Assembly (NCBI GenBank): GCA_012522795.1
Contig: JAAYJT010000070.1
Coordinates: 26,983-90,982, forward strand
Source: Bacteroidales bacterium
GTDB taxonomy: Bacteria > Bacteroidota > Bacteroidia > Bacteroidales > JAAYJT01
DNA: 64,000 nucleotides
Direction: 5' to 3'
The notes under the pieces are model-generated. The model searched no databases and was not told where the DNA came from. It saw only the letters and a program-made list of their open reading frames with translations. The position numbers and the translations under genes were made by a program. Of this stretch, positions 51,138 through 60,155 are shown in pieces (position 1 is the first letter of the stretch; every line of letters starts with the position of its first letter).

Positions 51138-51725
51138 TCAATGAATTTCTCTGCCTCCCCGCATTCTTTTTCGTGTCATACGTATATTGCATTTCGGGCA
51201 GATCTGTAAACCGCATGGATGCCCATATTTATGTTCCAATTCAAAATTACAGGATGGGCAAATACATATATTCACCCTATGATGAGCAAAACCACGCATT
51301 CTCGCTTCTTTTTGACCAACACTACGTATTTCAGTACTTTTACATAAAGGACATGCCTCAGCCTTGATTTCTTTTTCCGGATTGTTAAAATAACAAGAAC
51401 ATTGCTTGCAATGATACCAGTCGCTGTCAAAATAAATCTTGCCTCCATCAATATTTATCTGGCTGCCTTCAACCAGAGCGCGGGCAATTTTCTGGCGTGC
51501 ACTTGCATAAATCCTGGTAAAGGTAGGCCTTGAAACACCCATTATGTGAGATGACTCAAGATGATTGTGCATTTCGTAATCACACAACCTCAAAGCTTCA
51601 TATTCTTCAATTAATAGGGAAACCGATCCGTGGCTTTCTTCATCCCGGCTTGAGCCAAAAGGCTTCAAACCCTTGATACAAGGTGGGTTAATAACTTTAC
51701 GTAATCGTTTGTTTCTTGGCGACAT
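51138..51725 (-). CDS. DUF134-family putative DNA-binding protein fused to a Cys-rich (double zinc-ribbon-like) C-terminus
   Basis: N-terminus MSPRNKRLRKVINPPCIKGLKPFG plus the HTH-like EEYEALRLCDYEMHNHLESSHIMGVSRPTFTRIYASARQKIARAL. Four CxxC pairs sit downstream (CKQC/CPLC/CPSC/CPKC). ATG at 51725, because the ORF-track start is TTG. Confidence 0.7.
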   Translation of the reverse strand: MSPRNKRLRKVINPPCIKGLKPFGSSRDEESHGSVSLLIEEYEALRLCDYEMHNHLESSHIMGVSRPTFTRIYASARQKIARALVEGSQINIDGGKIYFDSDWYHCKQCSCYFNNPEKEIKAEACPLCKSTEIRSVGQKEARMRGFAHHRVNICICPSCNFELEHKYGHPCGLQICPKCNIRMTRKRMRGGREIH

Positions 51726-51840
51726 ATTATTATGAGCAAATGTTCGCTGCAAAGATAGTGAACATTTGTTCAATATGGTGCAAAAATTAAGAATTTTTTT
51801 GAATTATTTTACAAGTCGCAAAGAATCAGTGCATTAAATT

Positions 51841-52632
51841 TTAAAAATATTCTACAGAAAAAACATTCCTTCCATTTTCACAACCCATCTGTATTGCATC
51901 CTGATTCTGCATTATTGCACCACCCCATTGATTATGATCGTAAGTATGAGGTTCACGGAACCAGTTTTCAATATTCATGGTAAATCTGGCTTTAACTGTT
52001 TGTCCTTTTCCTGCACTGAAGCTGCTATCAGGGGGTTTTATCAAAAAGTAATTTTGTATGAAACCTATAATATCCTCCACTTGCCCGGAATTATTCCTGT
52101 AAATCTGTCCAATACCAAGATGAAAATTAAATGATTTGCGATCGCCGGTAGTATTGAGCCAAAAACCATTCAGCATCATATAATGATAACCTCCGCCAAG
52201 ATGAGGAGGCCATGCCATATTCACTTCCGGTGGGTTCACAAACAAACCGGTTTTGTTTCTTGCTTCCGAAATACCAAAAATAAATGTCAGCGAATCATAT
52301 GTTCCTACCGGAATTTCAGCATCAAGGTCCCATATAAAGGTCGAAGGATCATTAGTGTCAATATAATGAATGTCGTTATCGCCGGCAGGTTTGACAACTG
52401 AGCCATCGCTGCGAAATAATTTCAGCTCGGAAATGAAATACATGATCTCAGTAACTTCATATGGATTCCCCGCTTCATTAACATACACCATCTTGTTTTT
52501 TACAAGCTGCTTTCCGTCAACATGATGGGCAAAATGTACCTGCATTGAAACCATATCAGGCTCATCATTATCTTTTTTACAATAACTGAAAAAGAAGATC
52601 AGGCTTAAAAGGGCTAAAGTTCTTAATTTCAT
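51841..52632 (-). CDS. Lipoprotein, possibly MbnP-family-like
   Basis: Signal peptide with lipobox (FFFSYC). It loosely matches my recollection of Bacteroidota MbnP-family proteins (EIMYFISELKL..., GGGYHYMMLNGFW, FHLGIG). This is an unverified call. Confidence 0.45.
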   Translation of the reverse strand: MKLRTLALLSLIFFFSYCKKDNDEPDMVSMQVHFAHHVDGKQLVKNKMVYVNEAGNPYEVTEIMYFISELKLFRSDGSVVKPAGDNDIHYIDTNDPSTFIWDLDAEIPVGTYDSLTFIFGISEARNKTGLFVNPPEVNMAWPPHLGGGYHYMMLNGFWLNTTGDRKSFNFHLGIGQIYRNNSGQVEDIIGFIQNYFLIKPPDSSFSAGKGQTVKARFTMNIENWFREPHTYDHNQWGGAIMQNQDAIQMGCENGRNVFSVEYF

Positions 52633-52867
52633 TTTTTTTGAAATTTATGTTTAGAAATAATGTCTGCAAACCAGTTTGATCATCTGAATATCAGACATAT
52701 ATAAGGTAGATTTACTTCAATTATCGGCTTCAAGGTCAGTAATCAGAAAATCATAATTACACAAAAATACAAAATATGAACTAAACAACAGTGATTATTA
52801 TTTAACAGGAAAGAAAAAACTTGGTTTTTCTCCTTAACTTTGCTTTTTGAACAAATATTTAAAAAAA

Positions 52868-54877
52868 ATGATTGATACTGCATTTAAAAATGCCATATTA
52901 ACAGGCATTCCCGAAGATTTACCATTGCCAAAACCAATTGATAACAGCGTTAGCCATGCTCCGGTTCGCAAAGATATTTTAAGCGCCAATGAAAAAAAAC
53001 TGGCTTTAAAAAATGCACTCCGATACTTTAATCCCCGTCATCATAGCGTTCTGGCTCCGGAATTTGCCGCTGAGCTGAAAAATTACGGAAGAATATACAT
53101 GTATCGCTTTCGTCCTGATTATAAGATGTATGCCAGACCTATCCATGAATATCCGTTTCGTTCAGTTCAGGCAGCTTCCATTATGCTGATGATACAAAAT
53201 AATCTTGACCCTGCGGTTGCACAGCATCCGCATGAACTGATAACTTATGGCGGAAATGGTGCTGTATTCCAGAACTGGGCGCAATACCTGCTCACTATGC
53301 AATATCTTGCCACCATGACTGACGAGCAGACACTGGTAATGTATTCAGGACATCCGCTTGGTTTGTTCCCTTCTCATAAAGATGCCCCTCGTGTGGTTGT
53401 AGCCAATGGGATAATGATACCAAATTACTCGAAACCTGACGACTGGGAACGTTTCAATGCTCTTGGAGTAACCCAATACGGACAAATGACAGCCGGTTCG
53501 TATATGTATATAGGACCTCAGGGAATTGTTCATGGCACTACTATTACTGTTTTAAATGCAAGCCGTAAAATATCTAAAAGTGGTGAAAGTACTGCCGGAC
53601 GCTTGTTTGTTACCTCGGGGCTTGGAGGCATGAGTGGAGCACAGCCAAAAGCCGGAAATATTGCCGGAGTGGTTAGCATCACGGCAGAAATAAATCCTGT
53701 GGCAGCTCATAAACGACATGATCAGGGTTGGGTGGATGAAATAGTTGATGACCCTGATAAAGCTATTGATCTGGCTCAAAAATGGCAGCAGAAAAAGCAG
53801 GCTCATTCAATAGCATACCTTGGAAATATTGTAGATCTATGGGAAAAGCTTGCCGAAAGGGATATTCATGTGGATATGGGTTCTGACCAGACCTCACTGC
53901 ATAACCCTTTTGCAGGCGGTTATTATCCGGCGGGCTTGAGCTATGAACAGTCTAATGAAATGATGGCAAAAGATCCATCGCGGTTCAAAGAAATGGTTCA
54001 TAAAAGCCTTCGCAGGCAGGTTGCAGCAATAAATAAACTTACCGGAAAAGGCATGTATTTCTTTGACTACGGAAATGCTTTCTTGCTTGAATCCAGCCGC
54101 GCCGGTGCTGATGTTATGAAACCTGATGGCAGCTTCAGATATCCGTCGTATGTGCAGGATATTATGGGACCTATGTGTTTTGACTACGGGTTTGGACCTT
54201 TCCGCTGGGTTTGCACCTCGGGATTGGAATCCGACCTCGACAAATCTGACCGTATTGCAATGGAAGTGCTTCAAAAAATATCGTCAAAATCTCCTGATGA
54301 AATCTCACAACAGATGAAAGATAATATCCAGTGGATTGCGGGCGCCAAGGAAAACAAGCTGGTAGTAGGTTCAAAAGCACGTATTTTATACGCTGATGCC
54401 GAAGGGCGTATCAGTATTGCCGAAGCTTTCAATAAAGCAATAGCTTCTGGTGAGATAAGCGCTCCAATAGTTCTTGGCCGCGACCACCATGATGTTTCCG
54501 GTACTGATTCACCTTTCAGGGAAACAAGTAATATTTACGACGGCTCACAATTTACTGCCGATATGGCTGTACAAAATGTTATTGGCGATGCTTTCCGCGG
54601 AGCTACATGGGTTTCGCTTCATAATGGCGGTGGAGTTGGCTGGGGCGAAGTAATGAATGGCGGTTTTGGACTTACACTTGACGGTTCGGACGATGCTGAA
54701 CGCCGTTTACGTTCAATGCTTATGTGGGATGTGAACAACGGTATAGCACGGCGTAGCTGGGCACGCAACAAAGGAGCCATGTTTGCCATCCGTCGTGAAA
54801 TGGACAGAACTCCAAACCTGAAGGTGACCATACCCAATATAGCCGACGACAGTCTGATTGACAGCGTTATAGATTGA
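52868..54877 (+). CDS. hutU: Urocanate hydratase (long Bacteroidota form)
   Basis: Urocanase strings: ELITYGGNGAVFQNW, MTAGSYMYIGPQGIVHGT, GLGGMSGAQPKA, GSDQTSLHNP, GRDHHDVSGTDSPFRETSN. The ATG at 52868 is preferred over the TTG at 52847. Confidence 0.9.
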   Translation: MIDTAFKNAILTGIPEDLPLPKPIDNSVSHAPVRKDILSANEKKLALKNALRYFNPRHHSVLAPEFAAELKNYGRIYMYRFRPDYKMYARPIHEYPFRSVQAASIMLMIQNNLDPAVAQHPHELITYGGNGAVFQNWAQYLLTMQYLATMTDEQTLVMYSGHPLGLFPSHKDAPRVVVANGIMIPNYSKPDDWERFNALGVTQYGQMTAGSYMYIGPQGIVHGTTITVLNASRKISKSGESTAGRLFVTSGLGGMSGAQPKAGNIAGVVSITAEINPVAAHKRHDQGWVDEIVDDPDKAIDLAQKWQQKKQAHSIAYLGNIVDLWEKLAERDIHVDMGSDQTSLHNPFAGGYYPAGLSYEQSNEMMAKDPSRFKEMVHKSLRRQVAAINKLTGKGMYFFDYGNAFLLESSRAGADVMKPDGSFRYPSYVQDIMGPMCFDYGFGPFRWVCTSGLESDLDKSDRIAMEVLQKISSKSPDEISQQMKDNIQWIAGAKENKLVVGSKARILYADAEGRISIAEAFNKAIASGEISAPIVLGRDHHDVSGTDSPFRETSNIYDGSQFTADMAVQNVIGDAFRGATWVSLHNGGGVGWGEVMNGGFGLTLDGSDDAERRLRSMLMWDVNNGIARRSWARNKGAMFAIRREMDRTPNLKVTIPNIADDSLIDSVID

Positions 54878-55148
54878 TCAAGCAATACTGGTAAGATATG
54901 CCAAAATGATGAAAAACAGATATATCAAAATTCTTCATCATTAAACAATTTTCCATATCCAGCTAACGGTTCATTTACAGAGGATGAACCATATTCCCGT
55001 TTTTTACTTTTAGCTGTTGTTTTTTTTCAATCTTAGCCAGTTTTTTGTTAACTGCTGACAGGTCAACGGGTTCTTTTTATACGGCTGTACTTAAATAGTC
55101 AAGTCTTAAAAAGCCAAATTCGATTTATTTTTTAAAATTAAGAAGATA

Positions 55149-55639
55149 AAAATCAACTTCTTAATTTTATACAGTAAATTAGAAAACTATGAGTAAATTT
55201 TAGTTGGCGAGAAACTCCATTGCAGGTGAAAAGAAAGATGGTCTTTAAATTTGAGCAACATACAACAAGGAAACAGTTGTGCCGGTGTATAAACATCCAT
55301 CGCAGCAACTCTACTACAAGCCAATAAACAGCAAACGTGGGGGCAAACTCAGCACAGAGGAGCTGAAGCTCATGGGATATATCATCAATCCCGGCCTTAA
55401 CTTGACTGACAATGAAAATGTTCAAGAGACTGGAGGAGGTAAACTAATAGAACAGACATACAAAGATGACCACCATCATCGCAAGTCAGCTGCCTGTACC
55501 AAGCTGGTAGGATGTAATTTGAGAAGAAACCATCATAGATGCCAGATTGGACAGATTGGTTAATACTTCACAAAGAATTAAACTAAAAGATGAAAGTTTA
55601 AGAAAAAACTGTAATATTGTCAGCAGAAATATTTTTTAA
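55149..55639 (+). pseudogene. Decayed IS21-family istB-like fragment; left copy of a ~490-bp direct repeat
   Basis: Aligns base-for-base with 63508-64000, roughly 85-90% identical by eye. The translation contains MTTIIASQLPVPSW*DVI*EETIIDARLDRLVNTSQRIKLKDESLRK, i.e. the IstB C-terminal pattern (..SQLPV..W...IGE.TIADAILDRL...S.RI.LKGES.R) broken by stops and a frameshift. Confidence 0.6.
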
Positions 55640-55869
55640 GTTGACCAGAATTCCAATGGGGTCAGTATCGCAAGAATAAACATTTAATCAGATAATTGAA
55701 ATCCATCGTGTTATTAACGAACGTATTATCACGATAATATATGTTAATTTTCTTTATATATCCTTTCAAAGTACTATATTTCGTTTTGTCCTGACACACT
55801 ATAGCTAAATTGATTTCACCATGAAATATTTAAAAAAATTACTTTGTGATTGAATTATTTCATTTACTT

Positions 55870-55886
55870 TTGACAAAAATAGTCAA
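55870..55886 (+). promoter_or_regulatory. Palindrome TTGAC-N7-GTCAA 8 nt upstream of the HTH gene start (candidate C-box-like operator)
   Basis: TTGACaaaaataGTCAA is read directly at 55870-55886. The HTH gene ATG is at 55895. Confidence 0.35.
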
Positions 55887-55894
55887 CATTAATT

Positions 55895-56206
55895 ATGTCA
55901 ACAGATACTATTGGGGAAAAACTCAGACAATTAAGGGAAGAAAAGGAACTTCCTTTACGAAAAGTAGCAGCACAACTGGATATTGATGTGGCAATTTTAA
56001 GTAAAATGGAGCGGGGAATAAGAAAAATAACCAAAGAAATAGTTTTACAATTGGCTGACATTTATGATTATGATGCACATGAACTTCTGGTTTCTTTTCT
56101 GAGTGATAAAATAATGTATGAAATACAAGATGAGGAATTGGGAATGGAAGCATTAAAAGTAGCAGAAGAGAGAGTAAAATATTTAAAATCAAAAGGCGAA
56201 AAATGA
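55895..56206 (+). CDS. XRE-family helix-turn-helix protein, controller (C-protein)-like
   Basis: HTH_3 pattern LRQLREEKELPLRKVAAQLDIDVAILSKMERGIRKI. 103 aa. Its stop overlaps the ATG of the large R-M-S gene (ATGA at 56203-56206). Confidence 0.8.
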   Translation: MSTDTIGEKLRQLREEKELPLRKVAAQLDIDVAILSKMERGIRKITKEIVLQLADIYDYDAHELLVSFLSDKIMYEIQDEELGMEALKVAEERVKYLKSKGEK

Positions 56207-59200
56207 AAGAACAACAAATTATATCAACAATTAAAGCTTTTGGGTTTTCTGCTGACTCAGACAATAAAAAACAGTACTCCAAAACCTATGATAATATTAG
56301 ATATCGGATTTCGGTGGATTTATTAAAAAGCCGGATTGATTTTGGACCGAAAATAAAGAAGGGGGATGACACCACCTCGCATTTGAAAAATCCTGAAAAT
56401 ATCGTTGTTTTAGAATGTGTTAATCGTCTGTTGGAGAAGGGCTATAAACCCGACGATTTAACACTTGAAAAAAAGTGGAAATTAGGACGCACTGCAAAAA
56501 GCGGTAAAGCAGACATTACAATTAAAGGTAAAAACGAAAAAACACTTTTAATTATCGAATGTAAAACCTGGGGAAAGGAATACGAAAGCGAACTCGACAG
56601 GATGAAACAGAATGGCGGACAGCTTTTCTCTTATTTCCAACAAGATAAAAACACACGTTATCTTTGCCTCTATGCCTCGAGAGAGTATGGAGGAAAAATT
56701 GAAAAGGCCAATGCACTAATAAAAGTTGAAGACAGTGCCCAGGAGAAAATTCTTCAACAAGAAACTGAAAAACTGATTACATACGAACAGGCGAAAACCA
56801 TAAAAGAGATGCTTGAAGTATGGAAACACAAAACAAAAGGGAAACAAACTTTTCTTAACACAGGGCTTTTTGAGCCGGAAATTGAACCTTATAATCCGGG
56901 ATACATTCCGATTAAGGTAGCCGATTTAAAAGATTTTGGAGCTGATGATAAAGGAAAGGTATTTAATCAGTTTGAGGAAATTTTGAGACACAACAATATT
57001 TCTGACCGTTCCAATGCTTTTAACAGGATAATTTCATTGATTTTAGCCAAAATCGTTGATGAAAACAAAGGCGAGGATGCCATTACCGACTTTCAGGTAA
57101 AGGAAGGAATTGATGATGCCGAAACATTGCTGGAACGGTTACAATCGCTCTATTCAAAAGCAATGCGCGATTATCTGGATGAAGAAGTAATTGACTATAA
57201 ATTAGAAGATATTGAAGCTCAGATTTCTAATTTTCCGCGACAAACCGCAAAAGAGACACTCTATCGCATTTATAAGGAACTGAAGTTTTATCAGAATAAT
57301 GAATTTGCTTTCAAAGAAGTTTACAACAAAAAACTTTTTGAAGAAAATGCCAAAGTGCTGGAGGAGGTTGTGAGGCTTTTCCAGAAATACCGTTTTAAAT
57401 ACGACCAAAAAGCGCAATTCTTAGGAGATTTCTTTGAATTGATGCTGGAAAGCGGATATAAACAATCAGAAGGTCAGTTTTTTACACCTACGCCTATCAC
57501 AAAATTCATTATTTACTCAATTCCTTTAAAATCAATAGTTCAGGAAAAACTTCAAAAAGGAGAAAAATTCTTTTTACCCAAAGTGGTTGACTTTGCCTGT
57601 GGGAGCGGACATTTCCTTACGGAAGCTATTGAAGAAATTGCCGAATTGATTAAAGAAATAACCGAAGATGACATAAAAGTCATGCCGGATGCGGACAAGT
57701 TAGAGTTTGCTCTGAAAGAGCTGAGAAACTACAAGCATGATATGAGATGGGCAGGCGAATATGTGTTCGGAATTGAAAAGGATTATCGTTTGGCAAGAAC
57801 CAGCCAGGTAGCCTGCTTTATGCATGGCGACGGAGATGCCAATATAATTTTTGGCGACGGGCTTGAAAAGCATGAACGTTTAGGTAAAGATGGTTCTTTT
57901 GATGTACTTGTCGCAAATCCTCCCTACACCATTAAAGATTTCAAAAAACACCTGAATGTAAATCCGCATAATTTCGAGCTTTGGGAGCATGTAACGCCTG
58001 ATTCCGACGACATTGAAGTTTTCTTTATAGAGCGAATGAAACAATTGCTTCGTACGGGTGGAATGGCCGGTATTATTCTTCCAAGTTCCATACTTAGCAA
58101 TTCAGGAGCATATACCAAAGCAAGAGAAATTATTCTCAAATATTTTGAAATAAAGGCAATCGTTGAATTTGGCGGAAATACTTTTGGAGCAACAGGCACT
58201 AACACCGTTACGCTGTTTTTGAAAAAAAGAGATGAAGATTTTGTAACCAATTGCCAATATATTTCCGAAGATTATATTTTTGAAAACAAAACACGCGAAG
58301 GGGATTTTATAAACTCGAAAGAACTTTTTGAAAACTATATAACACATTTGGAATTAGAAGAAGAAGATTATAAAACTTTTATTTCGAGAAAGCCTAATAA
58401 AGAAATTAAAAAGACCGAATTCTACAAAAGTTACAAAAACTGGTTTGATGGCTTAACTGAAGTGAAAAACTTAAAAAAAAGAAAAACTTTCAAAGAGATG
58501 CCGGAAACAGATCAGGAAGAAAAACTCACCTCCATGTTTTTTGACCTGATATTGGAAATTGAAACCGAAAAGTTTTTTTACTTTTTACTCACCCATCGTA
58601 TAGAGGAAGATCCTGAACATTTTGCATGGTATAATGACCAAACAAATGAAGGAGCACCGATAAAAGTAGCCTATCCGCAGCGCAAAGCCATACCACAAAA
58701 AACACTGATTGTAAAAACAGGACGAAGCACCAAAGAACAGGAGAAATTTTTAGGCTACAAATTCAGTAACCGAAGAGGTTACAAAGGAATTGATTTTACA
58801 GGCGAAACTTTAATGTATGATACCGCAAATCAGTTAAATCCACAAAAAGCAAACAGCTATATCTATAAAAATTTCACAAACCAAAAAATAAAAATTGATG
58901 AAGAACTTACCGAAAATCTTTCTTTGGTAAGATTGACCGATTGCATTAATTATGAGGGAATTGATTTTGACAAAAGGATAAATTTAAATGTTGAGTCTAA
59001 AATTGAATATGAAACAATATATGAATTAAAGAGTATCGGGAGTTTACTTAATTTTCAATCAGGATTATGGAAAGGAGAAAACGACCCCCTAATAGATGTT
59101 AAAGTGATAAGGAATACTGAATTTTTACCGGATGGTAAATTAAATTATGAAAATCCAACAGTTATTTCAGTTGAAGCAAAACAATTAGAAAGTCGCAAAT

Positions 59201-60120
59201 TGAAATATGGTGATATTATTTTGGAAAGGAGTGGAGGCAGTGAAACTCAAAACATTGGCAGAGTTGCTTATTTTGAAATTGAAACTAATGAAACTTATTC
59301 TTTTGGTAATTTCACCAGTAGGCTCAGACCTTTTGATAAAAATATAATTATTCCTAAATATGCGATGATACTTTTAAATGACCTCTATCAAAAAGGAGGA
59401 ACTTTAATTTATCAATCTGGTATTCGTATTAAAAACTTAAATCAGAATGCTTATAAATCAGCAAAAATCCCTGTTCCACCAATTGCTGTACAAAAGAAAA
59501 TCATTGAGGAAATAGAAGCTATTGAAAAAAAGGAAATAGAAGCGAAAAAAGTAATTGAAGAAAAAACACATAAGATTGATGAGCTGTTTTCAACTTTTTT
59601 TATTGGCTCTTTCAAAAAGACACTGGAAGAAATTTGCACATTAAAAGCAGGGAAATTTGTTAAAGCAGCTGATATCAAAGATATGCCTGACGATAATTTA
59701 TATCCATGCTATGGAGGTAATGGATTAAGAGGTTATACAGAAACTTTTACTCATGAGGGAACCTTTCCTTTAGTTGGAAGGCAGGGAGCTTTATGCGGAA
59801 ATGTTCATTTAGTAAAAGGAAAGTTTCACGCTACCGAACATGCATTGGTTGCTACTCCAAAAGAAGAAATTAACGTTGTTTGGCTCTATCATCTTTTACG
59901 TACAATGAATTTAAACCAGTATGCTAGAGGAGTTGCACAGCCCGGTTTATCTGTAAAATATCTTAACCCAATTATTATAAGTGTCTTACCGCTCAAACAA
60001 CAAGAAAAAATTGTTGAGGAAATTGAGAAACTTGAAAAAGAAATCTTTAATTTAGAGCAATCTATCACCACTGTTGAAGAAGATAAAAGAGAGGTATTGA
60101 TGAAGTATTTGGAGGAGTAA
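56203..60120 (+). CDS. Single-chain restriction-modification-specificity enzyme (Type IIB/IIG-like): PD-(D/E)XK nuclease + gamma-class N6-adenine methyltransferase + two HsdS-like target recognition domains
   Basis: Nuclease-like motif GKADITI...LLIIECK (D at 56512-56514, E-x-K at 56557-56565). GQFFTPTPI, motif I VVDFACGSGHFL (57583-57618) and motif IV NPPY (57916-57927). Two Methylase_S-like TRDs (~59001-59600 and ~59601-60117), each ending in an IPVPPIAVQKKIIEEIE / LPLKQQEKIVEEIE helix. Confidence 0.8.
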   Translation: MKEQQIISTIKAFGFSADSDNKKQYSKTYDNIRYRISVDLLKSRIDFGPKIKKGDDTTSHLKNPENIVVLECVNRLLEKGYKPDDLTLEKKWKLGRTAKSGKADITIKGKNEKTLLIIECKTWGKEYESELDRMKQNGGQLFSYFQQDKNTRYLCLYASREYGGKIEKANALIKVEDSAQEKILQQETEKLITYEQAKTIKEMLEVWKHKTKGKQTFLNTGLFEPEIEPYNPGYIPIKVADLKDFGADDKGKVFNQFEEILRHNNISDRSNAFNRIISLILAKIVDENKGEDAITDFQVKEGIDDAETLLERLQSLYSKAMRDYLDEEVIDYKLEDIEAQISNFPRQTAKETLYRIYKELKFYQNNEFAFKEVYNKKLFEENAKVLEEVVRLFQKYRFKYDQKAQFLGDFFELMLESGYKQSEGQFFTPTPITKFIIYSIPLKSIVQEKLQKGEKFFLPKVVDFACGSGHFLTEAIEEIAELIKEITEDDIKVMPDADKLEFALKELRNYKHDMRWAGEYVFGIEKDYRLARTSQVACFMHGDGDANIIFGDGLEKHERLGKDGSFDVLVANPPYTIKDFKKHLNVNPHNFELWEHVTPDSDDIEVFFIERMKQLLRTGGMAGIILPSSILSNSGAYTKAREIILKYFEIKAIVEFGGNTFGATGTNTVTLFLKKRDEDFVTNCQYISEDYIFENKTREGDFINSKELFENYITHLELEEEDYKTFISRKPNKEIKKTEFYKSYKNWFDGLTEVKNLKKRKTFKEMPETDQEEKLTSMFFDLILEIETEKFFYFLLTHRIEEDPEHFAWYNDQTNEGAPIKVAYPQRKAIPQKTLIVKTGRSTKEQEKFLGYKFSNRRGYKGIDFTGETLMYDTANQLNPQKANSYIYKNFTNQKIKIDEELTENLSLVRLTDCINYEGIDFDKRINLNVESKIEYETIYELKSIGSLLNFQSGLWKGENDPLIDVKVIRNTEFLPDGKLNYENPTVISVEAKQLESRKLKYGDIILERSGGSETQNIGRVAYFEIETNETYSFGNFTSRLRPFDKNIIIPKYAMILLNDLYQKGGTLIYQSGIRIKNLNQNAYKSAKIPVPPIAVQKKIIEEIEAIEKKEIEAKKVIEEKTHKIDELFSTFFIGSFKKTLEEICTLKAGKFVKAADIKDMPDDNLYPCYGGNGLRGYTETFTHEGTFPLVGRQGALCGNVHLVKGKFHATEHALVATPKEEINVVWLYHLLRTMNLNQYARGVAQPGLSVKYLNPIIISVLPLKQQEKIVEEIEKLEKEIFNLEQSITTVEEDKREVLMKYLEE

Positions 60121-60155
60121 AGAAGATATTATAGTTATAATAAATACAGATAGGT

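Noticed and set aside
51841-52632. Possible link between the MbnP-like lipoprotein and copper/methanobactin-type systems
   Set aside because: No MbnH-like di-haem peroxidase or other partner gene is adjacent, and the family assignment rests on recollection only. It is kept as a low-confidence feature and not raised as a finding.
54929-55075. Stop-bounded 49-codon minus-strand frame with no start codon (KEPVDLSAVNKKLAKIEKKTTAKSKKREYGSSSVNEPLAGYGKLFNDEEF*) just left of the island
   Set aside because: It could be the 3' remnant of a gene truncated when the island or repeat arrived. It is too short and too low in complexity to assign, and there is no start codon. The hairpin at 54968-54990 (GGTTCAT/ATGAACC) inside it could equally be the hutU terminator.
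55279-55563. 94-aa ORF (MPVYKHPSQQLYYKP...) and its counterpart, the 75-aa ORF at 63773-64000
   Set aside because: Both lie inside the direct repeats and are frames of the decayed istB-like sequence. The two copies are open in different frames with different stops, so they are relics rather than functional small genes.
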